This document shows, one piece after another, positions 31,139-41,890 of a DNA stretch of 64,000 bases. Source of the DNA: an uncultured bacterium (GTDB lineage: Bacteria > Chloroflexota > UBA5177 > JANWHV01); assembly GCA_963729625.1 (NCBI GenBank), contig CAVSOU010000007.1, forward strand, positions 384,001-448,000, written 5' to 3'. The notes below the pieces were generated by a model that was not told the origin of the DNA, made no database searches, and worked only from the letters and a program-made list of their open reading frames with translations. Position 1 is the stretch's first letter, and the number at the start of each line of letters is the position of its first letter. The position numbers and the translations under genes are program-made.

Positions 31139-32160
31139 CGCTCCTGTTGCCCGCTTCCTCCAGGCGTGCCCACCGCGATAGTCGATCCGGCTTCACTCGC
31201 TTCCGCTACCGGCACGGGGATCGAGTCAAGCAGCGATCGCACGATGCCGGCAGCAGTACGGCCGCGCAATTCGCTCTCCGGCTTCACGGTCACTCGATGC
31301 GCGAGCGCGACCTCCGCCAGATCTTTGATGTCGTCGGGAATGGCGTAGGCACGTCCGCGCAGCCCTGCCAGAGCCTGAGCACTGCGATACAGTGCCAGGC
31401 TGCCACGCGTGCTCGCGCCCACAGCGAGATCCGGATGGCTCCTCGTCGCCAGCACGATCCTGCCAATATAGTCCACCAGCGATGGTTCAACGTAGATATC
31501 CCAGACCGCCCTCTGCAAAGCCACCACCTGCTCTCGTGCGGCGACCTGCCGCAGATGGCCAATTGGATGCTCGCGCGCCAGGCCCGTGAGGATACGCCTC
31601 TCTTCATCAAGCGTCGGATGACCCATTCGCAGCCGCATCAGGAAACGGTCCATCTGTGCTTCGGGCAGCGGGAAGGTGCCTTCGTATTCAATGGGGTTCT
31701 GGGTAGCAATGACCATGAATGGACTGGGCAAGACACGCGTAACGCCGTCGCTGGTCACCTGGTGCTCACCCATTGCCTCGAGCAGCGCGGACTGCGTGCG
31801 CGGGGTCGCGCGATTGACCTCGTCGGCAAGTAGGATGTTGACGAACGCAGGGCCTTCGCGAAACTCGAAGTCCCCGTTCTTCTGATTGTAGATCGACACG
31901 CCGGTCACATCGTTCGGCAACAGATCCGGCGTGCACTGCAGCCTTTTGAACGTGCAGCCGATAGAGCCGCTGATCGCACGCGCAAGCATGGTCTTACCTG
32001 TCCCGGGTACGTCCTCCAGCAGGACGTGGCCGTCGCAGAGTAGCGCCACGATCATCAAGAGCACTGTCTGATCCTTGCCCACGATGACCCTGGAAACGTT
32101 CGTCTTGACCAGCGACCCAAACTCGGCGAGGGCCGAGGCGCTGGCGCTTTCGATCTCCAT
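31135..32160 (-). CDS. moxR: MoxR-family AAA+ ATPase
   Basis: HVLLEDVPGTGKT, LADEVNRATPRTQSALLEAM, ATQNPIEYEGTFPLPEAQMDRF. Confidence 0.95.
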   Translation of the reverse strand: MEIESASASALAEFGSLVKTNVSRVIVGKDQTVLLMIVALLCDGHVLLEDVPGTGKTMLARAISGSIGCTFKRLQCTPDLLPNDVTGVSIYNQKNGDFEFREGPAFVNILLADEVNRATPRTQSALLEAMGEHQVTSDGVTRVLPSPFMVIATQNPIEYEGTFPLPEAQMDRFLMRLRMGHPTLDEERRILTGLAREHPIGHLRQVAAREQVVALQRAVWDIYVEPSLVDYIGRIVLATRSHPDLAVGASTRGSLALYRSAQALAGLRGRAYAIPDDIKDLAEVALAHRVTVKPESELRGRTAAGIVRSLLDSIPVPVAEASEAGSTIAVGTPGGSGQQER

Positions 32161-32511
32161 TGAGTCAGACCTTCACTTCCGGCCGAACTTCCGCTGCGTT
32201 TCCTGGTGCACCGGACTCTCTAGGAGCGTACCCCATCAGCGGTGTCTCCTGACCAGGCTTCGCCGGAGCTTCGCACCCAGGCGACACAGCGGATCGGCGT
32301 TCCAGGGCGTGCAGCCGCCAAAGCGTGACAGCGTCACGCAGAGCGCCACTCGGGAGGGGACAGCGGCATTGCCGATGCAGTCGCTCCGACGATGCGATCC
32401 GATTACTACCATAACGCTTTCTGACCGCGCCCTGGGAGACAGAAAGATGTCGTGGCTTTTCGGTACGCGGTGGCGACGCGTGGGATCTTCGATCCGCGGC
32501 CGCACAGTCGC

Positions 32512-33252
32512 CTAGCGGCCGCTCCGCCTCAAGAGCATGGTGCGATCGGCCTCAGACAGGTACTTGAGCGCCTCACGAAGGGTCACCCCGGAAGCACGGT
32601 GAGCGCGCGGCAGCAGCCAGGAGACCACGACCTCGGGCGAGACCTTAGAGACTTCGCGCAGCACCCAGCCTATCGCCTTGCGTATGAAGAACTCCCGTTC
32701 GTCAAGCATCGCGTCCGCATATGCCGCAAAGCGCGCGAATACTTGCTGATCGGCAGTCTTGCGCAGGGGAAGGAGGTACGCAAGCAACGAGGATCTGCGG
32801 ACCCAAAAGTCTCGATCGGTCGACCAGCGGTCGAGGTCGGCGGCCAGCGCCGGGTAGCGGTGCACAAGTCCGCCCGTGATGTTGGCGGCCAGGGGATCCA
32901 CGAGAGCCCATGTCCGCGATTGGCGAATCATCCGCTCGACCAGAGGAAGATCTTCCCCCATCAGATCATCTAATCGCAGGATCAGCAGCTCGACCGCTGC
33001 CATTCTGCATTCGTGGACCGGTCTGGACCAGAGAGACTCGACCGCGGCACATACCGGATCATGGCCAAGCAGCGGGTGCGCGCGCGCCGCCGACTTGACC
33101 GCCGCCCGTGTGGCCGGCATGCCGGCGCCGAGAAACTCGAGATCGCTTTTCAGATAAGCCTTCTCCGCGACGGCTCGCTCGGGCGAGCCAGCCTCGCGCA
33201 GCGCCTTGTCGAGTCTCTCGGCGAAGGTCGTCGCGCTGACTGACTCACTCAT
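32512..33252 (-). CDS. DNA alkylation repair protein (AlkD-like HEAT-repeat glycosylase family)
   Basis: TWALVD, DFWVRRS, EFFIRKAIGWVLRE, TLREALKYL. Confidence 0.88.
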   Translation of the reverse strand: MSESVSATTFAERLDKALREAGSPERAVAEKAYLKSDLEFLGAGMPATRAAVKSAARAHPLLGHDPVCAAVESLWSRPVHECRMAAVELLILRLDDLMGEDLPLVERMIRQSRTWALVDPLAANITGGLVHRYPALAADLDRWSTDRDFWVRRSSLLAYLLPLRKTADQQVFARFAAYADAMLDEREFFIRKAIGWVLREVSKVSPEVVVSWLLPRAHRASGVTLREALKYLSEADRTMLLRRSGR

Positions 33253-34525
33253 CACTGCCTCCTCGTGGCGGTTCGGGGAATTCCGCGAGATGCCGTGTTT
33301 CGTCACGAAGAGTCGTCAAGTTGCGCATCTCCGGCCATTTCCACGCAACGCACAGCACCACGACAAGTGTACCGATCCCGCCGGCGACCACGGCGGAGAC
33401 GGGCCCGAACAGTTGCGCCACGAGGCCGGACTCAAAGCCGCCCAGCTGATTGGATGTGCCGATGAACAGCGAGTTGACGGCGCCGACCCGGCCGCGCATC
33501 TCGTCCGGTGTACGAACGAGCACCAGGGTGCTGCGAATTACCACGCTGATATTGTCGAACGCACCGAGCAAGAACAGCATCGCTATCGACAGCGCAAACG
33601 AGCGCGAGAGGCCGAAAGCTACCGTTGCGACGCCGAAGGCCGCCACAGCCAGCAGCAGCGTGCGGCCCGCCCTGGTGAATTGCGGGCGATGGGCCATGGC
33701 TAGGGCCATGGACACAGCGCCGACGGAGGAAGCAGCTTGTAGCCAACCGAGGCCTTGAGGGCCGGCGTGCAGTATGTCCTTGGCGTATATCGGCAACAAC
33801 GTAGTGGCCCCGCCGAGCAGAACCGCAAACATGTCCAGCGTGATTGCCGCCAGCATTTCTGGAGTTCTCCTGAGAAATACGACTCCATCCAAGAGCGAGC
33901 GCAGCGTATTGCCCCGTTTGATATACGTTTCTTGACGCGTGACGCGAACACCGGCGAGCAGCAGCATGAATGCGATGCTGGCGAGCGCGCTCAGCACGAA
34001 CACCCAGGCGGCCTGCCGGAACAGGCCGACGAGGAAGCCGCCGGCTGCCGGACCAAGAACGGCGGAGAGCTGGAAGGTGCTGCTACGCCAGGTCATGGCA
34101 CTCTCATATGCATCTACCGGTAGTAGCTGCGCCACGATAGCGGAAGTGGCTGGGCCGCCGAACGCCTGCGAGCAGCCAAGCAGCGCCAAGCAGCCGTAGA
34201 TCAGCGCCAGGGCCCCGTTTGCCGCCAAAAGGCCTGCCAACGCCAGCGAGCCGATCGCCGTAGCCGCCTGCGCGGCAAGCACAACGCGTTTGCGGCTATA
34301 GCGATCGACGATGTGGCCAGCCGGAAGGGACAGCAGGATAACTGGGATGATCTGTGCGAGGCCAACTCCCCCCAGAACGAGCGCCGACCCGGTGCGGCTG
34401 TACAGTTCCCAGCCCAGAGCGACGGCCGCCATCTGCTGCCCAAACGACGACAGGAACAGACCAAGCTGAAACAGGCTGAAACTACGATAGCGGAGAGCGC
34501 GATAGGGATCGTGTGCAATGGACAT
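33245..34525 (-). CDS. MFS transporter (DHA3/MFS_3-like)
   Basis: About 12 TM segments; GHIVDRYSRK, LDMFAVLLGGA, PDEMRGRV, SNQLGGFESG. Confidence 0.92.
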   Translation of the reverse strand: MSIAHDPYRALRYRSFSLFQLGLFLSSFGQQMAAVALGWELYSRTGSALVLGGVGLAQIIPVILLSLPAGHIVDRYSRKRVVLAAQAATAIGSLALAGLLAANGALALIYGCLALLGCSQAFGGPATSAIVAQLLPVDAYESAMTWRSSTFQLSAVLGPAAGGFLVGLFRQAAWVFVLSALASIAFMLLLAGVRVTRQETYIKRGNTLRSLLDGVVFLRRTPEMLAAITLDMFAVLLGGATTLLPIYAKDILHAGPQGLGWLQAASSVGAVSMALAMAHRPQFTRAGRTLLLAVAAFGVATVAFGLSRSFALSIAMLFLLGAFDNISVVIRSTLVLVRTPDEMRGRVGAVNSLFIGTSNQLGGFESGLVAQLFGPVSAVVAGGIGTLVVVLCVAWKWPEMRNLTTLRDETRHLAEFPEPPRGGSDE

Positions 34526-35007
34526 GACAAACTCACATGACCGTCGAGATTGTCAGTACCACGCACTGCTCACCGCCCGACGCGGCAAACACATTATCGT
34601 ATGGCTTGCCCCGGCTCAATTCGAGACAGGAGTGGCACGACAGTTCTCACTGTATTCGCCTGGATACAAGAGGGTCAAGCGAGCCTTAGCCGATCGGCTG
34701 GACGCTGATCGCGGTCGCAGCAACGTCGCGCTGACTGTAGTGCGCTATCTCACCGTCGAGCACGACGGTCCCCGGAATCCTCGCGCTGGCGATTCCCGGC
34801 TCCCCGGGGTGACTGTTTGAGCGATCGGGGACCACAGTACGAAGTTCGGTTGACAACTCCCTGGTAAGTCGCCCATGGTCATGGGGACTATGACTCAGAT
34901 GTGACGCGCACGCCCGCGCGCATTCGGCGAGTCGAGGCGCGCGGTCGGGAAGCACTCTGTTCCCACACAGCCGGAGACCGGCGCTTGCCGGCCAGCAGGG
35001 GGCACGG

Positions 35008-36441
35008 ATGACGGACACGCCGGAGAGGTCCGAGCTCGCCACTAACGCCGGCGAGCAGCTTGGCGCTCGGGAAAGCGCAAGAGTCGCAGCCGAGCTCGAC
35101 CAACTGATCCAGCTGAGGTTGAGCCCGGATAGCATGGCGCTTGAGCTCTATGTCCTGCCCGGCGCCTCCCGACATCCGATGCAAGCACGCCTCGATGCCA
35201 CGTGCCGGCGAGCCGCCGCTCTGGGCGTCACGGCCGCGATCGGCGAAGATGTAGTGCGGCGTGTGCTCGCGTCCGGAGCGGAGAAACAGTGGGCTATTAT
35301 CGCACGCGGAACAGCCCCAGTGCCTCCAGTCAACGGGAGCATCCAGGTGCTCGTACCGTCCGTGCCGCCACTTGGAAAAGACCGCTTCACCGAGCGGCCT
35401 TTCGTACGCCGGGGTGATGCCCTGGTGTCGGTCACGCGCGCCACCGACGGCGTAGCGGGCGTCGACCTCAAAGGAAAGTTGCTCCCGACGACCGCTGCGC
35501 ATCGGCCGGCGATTCCCAATGGCGAGAATACTGCCCTGCTCCAGGATGGCGAGACGCGGAAGGTCGTAGCCGACTGCGATGGCCTTGTTTACTTCGATCG
35601 CATGCAGTTTGGCGTGTATCCGATGCAACGCGTACAGTCGAGCGCACTCCGATACGGTGCGAAAGTCGAATCCTCCCACTCTATCATTGTCCTCGAGAAC
35701 GTGCCCGCTGGAGCAAGAATCGTGTCTCACGGAGACATCTACATTGCCGGCGACGCCGACGACAGCACGCTCATCAGCACTGCCGGATCGATTACCGTGC
35801 TTGGCTGTGTCACGGGCCACTACCAGCGCCACTGCGAGGTACGCGCAAAAGGAGACATCATGGTCGCGTCCGCGCTGCACGTAGACCTCACGAGCGGACA
35901 GGATGTCTATATTCAAACACAGGCTCGAAATGCCACGATTACCGCCGCGCGTAACCTCATCCTGCTGGCTCGGTTGCGAAGCGCCCTCTATGACATCGAT
36001 CTTCGGGTAGAGGGTGCCGTCATGCCGTTCGATACTGCGGCTGCGCCGGCCGACGTCACCCCGGCCGAGCGAATGGCCTTTGACGTAGAATGTGAGCTCC
36101 GCGGTCAGCTCGGTATGCTCGAGGGACAGGTCGTCGCCTTCAAAGACTGCATGATTCATGAGTTGAGCGTAGCCGTCGCGCGTATGACGTTCCTGGACAG
36201 CCCACCGCTCTCGGCCAACAAGACCGTCCACCTCAAGCTCATGCTTCCGAACACGCCCACCATACAGATTCTCGGCCGTACGCTTGTGCCGTCGCACGAT
36301 GGCCGGACGCTGGTGGCTTTCCGGCAGATGACACATCAGGATGAGATGGCCATCACTGCGTACTGTCTGGCCATCGCTCGCTTGCGCATCGGCGAGGCCG
36401 AAGAGGCTGCGGAGGCCGAGAACACCGAGCAACACACTTGA
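35008..36441 (+). CDS. FapA (DUF342)-like protein with C-terminal degenerate PilZ-like domain
   Basis: ARGTAPVPPVNG, GVDLKG, GENT, ADCDG, and beta-helix repeats (GDIYIAG, GSITVLG, GDIMVA). C-terminal ERMAFD...ELSVAVARM...VAFRQM. Confidence 0.7.
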   Translation: MTDTPERSELATNAGEQLGARESARVAAELDQLIQLRLSPDSMALELYVLPGASRHPMQARLDATCRRAAALGVTAAIGEDVVRRVLASGAEKQWAIIARGTAPVPPVNGSIQVLVPSVPPLGKDRFTERPFVRRGDALVSVTRATDGVAGVDLKGKLLPTTAAHRPAIPNGENTALLQDGETRKVVADCDGLVYFDRMQFGVYPMQRVQSSALRYGAKVESSHSIIVLENVPAGARIVSHGDIYIAGDADDSTLISTAGSITVLGCVTGHYQRHCEVRAKGDIMVASALHVDLTSGQDVYIQTQARNATITAARNLILLARLRSALYDIDLRVEGAVMPFDTAAAPADVTPAERMAFDVECELRGQLGMLEGQVVAFKDCMIHELSVAVARMTFLDSPPLSANKTVHLKLMLPNTPTIQILGRTLVPSHDGRTLVAFRQMTHQDEMAITAYCLAIARLRIGEAEEAAEAENTEQHT

Positions 36442-36692
36442 GCGAGTCAACGGACCGCGTGGCCAGCGGCGCCCCAGAATGGCACCGGCGGCTGGCGAGG
36501 CGGATAGGCGCAGGGCCATCACTCTATGTATGATCCGATGTGGCTTCCCCGCATGCACGAGCGAGGCGTGACAGGCGCCAGACCTGCGTGAGGCTTGCGC
36601 CGCCGCGAGCCGGGACCGCGATCGAGTTCCGGCTCGCGGCGGCGGTCATGTCGCCGCCTTGCGGCGCTCGGCGGTCAGTGGGAGGGACTACT

Positions 36693-37202
36693 GTGAACGT
36701 GTTGGTAGCTGTCGCAAGCCGGCATGGTAGCACGCGCGAAATTGCTCATGCTGTCGCAGACGAGTTGCGCCACGCCGGACATTCGGTCGACGTGAGGGAC
36801 GCCCGGCACGTGGACAACGTCGGGACCTACGACGCCGCGGTCATCGGAAGCGCGATCTACATGGGAAACTGGCTCTCCGAGGGATCGCAGCTGCTGGATC
36901 GTGCGCGGTCCCAGTTGGCAGCGATGCCTGTTTGGCTGTTTAGCAGCGGCCCAATCGGCGACACCGATCCGAAGCCAGAAGGCGACCCCGCTCGAACCGA
37001 CGAGCTCAAACAGTCGATACAGGCCCGCGGCTATCGCAACTTTGTCGGCAAGCTAGACAAGCGTGGCTTGGGCGTTGGCGAACGACTGCTGGTTAGCGTC
37101 GTACGCACACCGTTGGGCGATTTCCGCGACTGGGAGGCGATACGCAGCTGGGCGCACGACATCGCTGCTGCGTTGCAGTCGGCAACTGGCATTGGGGACT
37201 GA
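36693..37202 (+). CDS. Flavodoxin-domain protein (HemG-like)
   Basis: ASRHGSTREIA, YDAAVIGSAIYMG, VWLFSSGP, GDFRDWEAIRSWA. GTG start with RBS GGAGG. Confidence 0.88.
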   Translation: MNVLVAVASRHGSTREIAHAVADELRHAGHSVDVRDARHVDNVGTYDAAVIGSAIYMGNWLSEGSQLLDRARSQLAAMPVWLFSSGPIGDTDPKPEGDPARTDELKQSIQARGYRNFVGKLDKRGLGVGERLLVSVVRTPLGDFRDWEAIRSWAHDIAAALQSATGIGD

Positions 37203-37467
37203 CCGCCCTACCAAGCGGAGCTTCGTTACTGGGTGCGCATGCCAATGGCCATATCACGGAATTCCCGCGGCCAAACCGATACCTGCACCCGCCACTTCCC
37301 TCGGGGATCGAACTAGGCACCATAGGCCGCGGCTGCGGCTCGACCTCAACCCCGGTAGGCGCAGCGCATACGCATCCACACCCCCGGCCGCGCAAGTCTT
37401 CGGCCGACGGCGGGTCGGTTCAGCGGCGCATCAGCCAGGTCCCGGCGCAAGCGTGCGCAATCGGCCG

Positions 37468-37773
37468 CTACACAGCGGCGTAAACAGGGGAGCTCAGTAC
37501 TCTCTGGCCGTGGAACTTCGGCGCCTTGTGTTCATCATAGTAGCGAGAAACACGTGTCGATCCGTAGTCATACTCGATGACAAACAGCTCGTATGGGTAC
37601 TTCTCGCTTCGCATCAATAGCTCGGCATCGTGAAGTGTTGTCGTTCCGCCAATATACCCGCACTCGAGCGTCCGTACAGGGCCCTGCGAATAGGCTGTAT
37701 AGTAACCGAACACTCTGCATATGCCTTCGCTGTCACCATCGTTCTGCTGATGATCGGCGTTCACAACAGTCAC
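37468..37773 (-). CDS. Small hypothetical protein (Tyr-rich)
   Basis: 101-aa ORF with protein-like composition, AGGGG before GTG, alone in an intergenic gap. Confidence 0.5.
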   Translation of the reverse strand: MTVVNADHQQNDGDSEGICRVFGYYTAYSQGPVRTLECGYIGGTTTLHDAELLMRSEKYPYELFVIEYDYGSTRVSRYYDEHKAPKFHGQRVLSSPVYAAV

Positions 37774-38306
37774 CCCCTAATTCTGGTCTTTCCTCGAGCT
37801 TCCTGCGTTGTAGCTGCCTTGCACCTCCCGCAACTTCACCAGCTCGCGCGCCTATTGGTATCCTTTCCAGTGTCCATAGTCTATACGAACAACGCCGTGC
37901 CCACCAGTGCAGAATGGCACGTTCTTTTCCGCCCACCAGCCTGCTCTTGGGGGAACGCGCGAACCCCGCGAGGTATGGCTTTCGCCGCCAGGCTTGTGTA
38001 GCGGCACATTGGCTCCAGGGAGCAAGGCGATCGCGGTCGCATGCGGCCGGACGGGCGCTCGAGGCATGGCTTTCTCTGCGATCGCCTGCAACGGGCGTTG
38101 CTTAGGGGTTATACTATGCCGCGGGGTTTCCCTGCCGCCGGACGCGACGAAGCTCGCTGGGCCCTGTTGACTGGATGCCCGAGATCCGGTCAGGACGGTA
38201 TGCCGCGTCTATTGGTCTACAATGACCCACATTGCGAGGATCACCGTGCCGCACTTGGACCGTCCGGCTTCCCCCGAGCGGGTTGATCGAGGAGGTTAAG
38301 CACGCA

Positions 38307-39272
38307 GTGACTCTAGTTACAAACCGGCAAGAGGCTCAGGAGTACACGCAGCAGTTTCGGCGTTGCCATGCATGCATGGCAATCTTCTGCACGGCGGCGC
38401 ACTGGAACACCGAAGCGATCCTTCTGGCAGGTCAGCGCATCTCCGAGAAACACAACCTGGCGCAGGTGCCGCTTGCCGTAGCCATGACCTACACCTACCC
38501 GTATATGCCACAGGCCAAGCGCATAACGTACAGCGGCAACGCTCAAGCAGGCTTCATTTCGCAGATGGAACATCTCAGGGCCCTCTGCGGTGGACCTCAC
38601 ACGCCATATGCCAACGTCGTGGTTCTGCCGCATCTCGACCACGCGGATCCGACTAGAGATCGTTGGGCGCTGACCGACGGGTTGCCGTACCTTGCGACAG
38701 TCATGTTCGACGCACAGAAGTACCCGCTCGACGACAATCTGGCATGGACGCGCGACTACGTAGCAACCTATGGGACCCAGGTCCTTGTCGAGGGCATTCT
38801 CGAGGAACTGAGCGTGGCCGGCCAGAAGCATGCCGTGCAGCGTGATGCCTACATCGAAAAGGCCGTGCGCTATGTAGCCGAGACGGGCGTCGACTTCCTG
38901 GTGGCCGATCTGGGGACCGAGCAGCAGTCCGCTCGAGTCGGCGGAGTGCGCTACCTGAAAGAGCGGGCCGTGGAGTTGACGGGTCGCCTGAATGAAGCAC
39001 GCCTCGTGCTCCACGGCACATCCTGCCTCAGCAATGATGACATACACAATCTGGCTACCGATGGGGTCATTCGCGTCAACATGTGGACTCGAATCGTGCG
39101 CGAAGCAGGTCAGGCCGCGGCGAAGAGTCTCGTCGCGCGCTGGGAGGCAATCGAGGCGGGAGAGTTCGAGGCGACCGAGTCCCATCAGTACCTGCACGAC
39201 TCGACCGAAGCCGCGGCGTCGATCATGGTCGAGGTGATGGAAGCGATCGGATACCCTCGGCTGAGTTTCTGA
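38307..39272 (+). CDS. Divergent class II fructose-bisphosphate aldolase-fold protein
   Basis: VLPHLDHA, VMFDA, LVEGILEE, ETGVDFLVADLGTEQ, LVLHGTS, RVNMWT. RBS GAGGAGG. Confidence 0.75.
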   Translation: MTLVTNRQEAQEYTQQFRRCHACMAIFCTAAHWNTEAILLAGQRISEKHNLAQVPLAVAMTYTYPYMPQAKRITYSGNAQAGFISQMEHLRALCGGPHTPYANVVVLPHLDHADPTRDRWALTDGLPYLATVMFDAQKYPLDDNLAWTRDYVATYGTQVLVEGILEELSVAGQKHAVQRDAYIEKAVRYVAETGVDFLVADLGTEQQSARVGGVRYLKERAVELTGRLNEARLVLHGTSCLSNDDIHNLATDGVIRVNMWTRIVREAGQAAAKSLVARWEAIEAGEFEATESHQYLHDSTEAAASIMVEVMEAIGYPRLSF

Positions 39273-39286
39273 GGAATACTGGGGCA

Positions 39287-40786
39287 ATGAGCCTTCTTGG
39301 CATTGACATCGGCACGACCGGCTGCAAGGCGATCGTCCTTTCCGACGAGGGGAGCCTTCTGGCGATTGCCCAGAGGGAATACGACGTCATCCGTCCGCGG
39401 CCGGGTTGGGCCGAGCTCGACAGCCAGGCCGTTTGGAAGCAAGTCCAGAGCATGATCCGTGAGGTGTCCACCAAGACGGCCTCGGATCCGATCGCGGCCC
39501 TGAGCGTCTCTTCGATGGGTGAGGCGCTTACGCCTGTCTCCCGCGACCGCACCATACTGGGAAACTGTCTGCTCGGCTTCGACAGCCGCGGTGCCGAGAC
39601 AACCGCACGCCTCGGCGCACTGGATCCCGTGATGTTTTTCGAACGCAGCGGCAACCTGGCGGGCCCGACCTACGGCGGTCAGAAACTGATCTGGCTGCGC
39701 GACAATCGTCAAGATCTGTTTAGGCGCACGTACAAGTTTCTGGGGTGGGCCGACCTGGTCGGCTACATGCTTGGAGGCGAGCCGTACACCGACTACTCGC
39801 TTGCGAATCGCAGCCTGTTCTTCGACGTGCAACAGGCACGCTGGTCCGAAGAAACGCTCGAGTACGTGGGGCTACCGCTGCATAAGCTGCCGGACGTCGC
39901 TCAGGCCGGTACGGCGGTCGGAGCCGTGTCACGCGAGGCGGCCGACGAACTTGGGCTGCCGGCCGGGGCACGAATCGTGCTTGGCGCGCACGATCAGTGC
40001 ATGAGTGCCACCGGGGCAGGCGTGATCCGGCATGGGCAGGCCGCCTACGGCCTCGGCACATACATCTGCATCACTCCGGCGTATGCCACGATTCCACCCA
40101 CCGCGGGTCTTCTCGTTCCAAAACTGAACGTAGAGCATCATACAATCCCCGGTCTGTTTGTGAGCTTCTACTATAATTTGTCGGGCGGCGCGGTCCTCAA
40201 GTGGTTCCGCGATACATTCGCGCAGGCCGAGAAGCGAGAAGCCGTTGCCAGCCGGCGTGACGTCTATGACCAGCTGCTGGCTGAAATGCCCGAGAGTCCT
40301 ACGAACATGCTCGTCCTGCCCCATTTCGCGCCCACCGGCCCACCCGATTTCGACCAGCGTCCATACGGCCTGATCGCGGGAGTGACGCTCGAGACGACCC
40401 GCGGCGACTTTATCAAGGCGCTGCTGGAGGGCGTCACGTACTACTTCAGGCAGGGCCTGGAGCAGATGGCGAACGCGGGCATTGCAATCGGGGAGTTTCG
40501 CGTCACGGGTGGCGGCGCGCGATCCAACGCCTGGTTGCAGATCAGCGCGGATATCCTGGGCCGTCCGCTGCTTCGTCCGCGTGTGACTGAGGCAAGCGCC
40601 CTCGGAGCCATCATCCTGGCTGGCGCAGGCAGTGGCGTGTATACGTCAGTTGAGCAAGCTGTCAGCATTTTGGTCAGCATCGATCGTACATTCACGCCCG
40701 ATCCACACAAGCGGGCCGCATACGATGCGTCCTTTGCCCGCTATCTGTTGCTGTACCCGTTCTGCCAGTCGGTGCGCCCAGAGTAG
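39287..40786 (+). CDS. FGGY-family carbohydrate kinase (xylulokinase-like)
   Basis: LGIDIGTTGCKA, GAHDQ, ALLEGV, TGGGARS, ADILG, EASALGA. Confidence 0.92.
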   Translation: MSLLGIDIGTTGCKAIVLSDEGSLLAIAQREYDVIRPRPGWAELDSQAVWKQVQSMIREVSTKTASDPIAALSVSSMGEALTPVSRDRTILGNCLLGFDSRGAETTARLGALDPVMFFERSGNLAGPTYGGQKLIWLRDNRQDLFRRTYKFLGWADLVGYMLGGEPYTDYSLANRSLFFDVQQARWSEETLEYVGLPLHKLPDVAQAGTAVGAVSREAADELGLPAGARIVLGAHDQCMSATGAGVIRHGQAAYGLGTYICITPAYATIPPTAGLLVPKLNVEHHTIPGLFVSFYYNLSGGAVLKWFRDTFAQAEKREAVASRRDVYDQLLAEMPESPTNMLVLPHFAPTGPPDFDQRPYGLIAGVTLETTRGDFIKALLEGVTYYFRQGLEQMANAGIAIGEFRVTGGGARSNAWLQISADILGRPLLRPRVTEASALGAIILAGAGSGVYTSVEQAVSILVSIDRTFTPDPHKRAAYDASFARYLLLYPFCQSVRPE

Positions 40787-40881
40787 ATGCCCGTGTCCAA
40801 CCACGGCGCGATAGAGTCCCTGGCGGAAGGTCGTCTGTGCGCTGAGGTTTCCAGGCAGCCGGTGCCGAGACCCTGGAAGTA

Positions 40882-41262
40882 CTATCCGTGCTCGCCCAGG
40901 ACCCGGGCGAGCATTGTCGAAACGTCAAGAAAGCCGAATGGCTTCCTGAGCAGGTAGCAACCGGGCCTGACGCTCGCATTGCGCTTGGTACGGCGCCGGT
41001 CCGCGTCGGCAGTCAGAAGGATCACCGGTAGAGCGGACGTCGACGGATCGCGCCTGACCTCGTCGAGCAGGACCCACCCCGGGTCTCTATCCTTGAGTCG
41101 CACGTCGAGGATCAGCACGTCGGGCATCAGCGTCTTGAGTTGCTCAAGAGCATGATCAGTTGGGCACAGGACCGTGGGTTCATGGCCGTTCTGCTCGATC
41201 ATTTCGCGAAACAGCGTGCGGAGCACTTCGTCGTCGATCATGACCGCTACGCGCCTTGCCAT
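40882..41262 (-). CDS. Single-domain response regulator (receiver)
   Basis: VMIDDEV, PDVLILDVRL, PVILLTAD, LRKPF. Confidence 0.85.
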   Translation of the reverse strand: MARRVAVMIDDEVLRTLFREMIEQNGHEPTVLCPTDHALEQLKTLMPDVLILDVRLKDRDPGWVLLDEVRRDPSTSALPVILLTADADRRRTKRNASVRPGCYLLRKPFGFLDVSTMLARVLGEHG

Positions 41263-41890
41263 GCCGCCCAACTCCACGTGCTTTCGACTCGGGCCACCAG
41301 CAGAACATTGGACGCCCGCCACGCCCTGAGATACGCAGCTCGAATGTCGAGCGGGATGACCATCTTGGAGGCTGCGAGCTAGCGGAACTTGGGGCGTGAA
41401 AACGCCATGTGCGCGCCCCGGCTCCGCGCGGATTGCTGCCCATCACGGCCCTCATTATACCGCATTTCGTCTCGGACACGCCGGCCTCGTGCGTCGCCGC
41501 AGAAAGGTCAGCACTCCAGGGCGAAATCGGATCAGTACCAACTATGCTCGAGCCACCGCCGATACCCAGTATCTCGACGAGCGACGTGCCTCAACGCACC
41601 TCGTCTGGATTCATGGCTCCGAGGATAGTGCTGGATGTGTCGAGCCGCGCTTGAGCGTTGGCAGCGCCAGTCGGAGCAACTCGTATCCCATTGGCGGCAC
41701 CGCGTATACCAGCCGGGTGTATCTCGCGTCGTCTTGCCCAACTAGGATCATGGTAGTACCTGATATGGAGTCGTCCATATATCCGGATCGGTCCCTTGCG
41801 AATGCCCCAGCCGCGTCAGGACGGCTTGACCTGGCGCCTCGAGTCGATCGGGTTGTGCAGGGAGGCGTATTCGACGCCGGAAGCAGGTAA

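Noticed and set aside
28257-32160. MoxR-DUF58-DUF4129 triad as a novel system
   Set aside because: It is a common, already described gene arrangement.
37916-37932. Sigma-54-like TGGCAC sites here and near 59070
   Set aside because: The -12 TTGC element is absent at the correct spacing.
41611-41778. Possible 55-aa minus-strand ORF (MDDSISG...)
   Set aside because: No recognisable motif and a weak RBS; cannot be supported.
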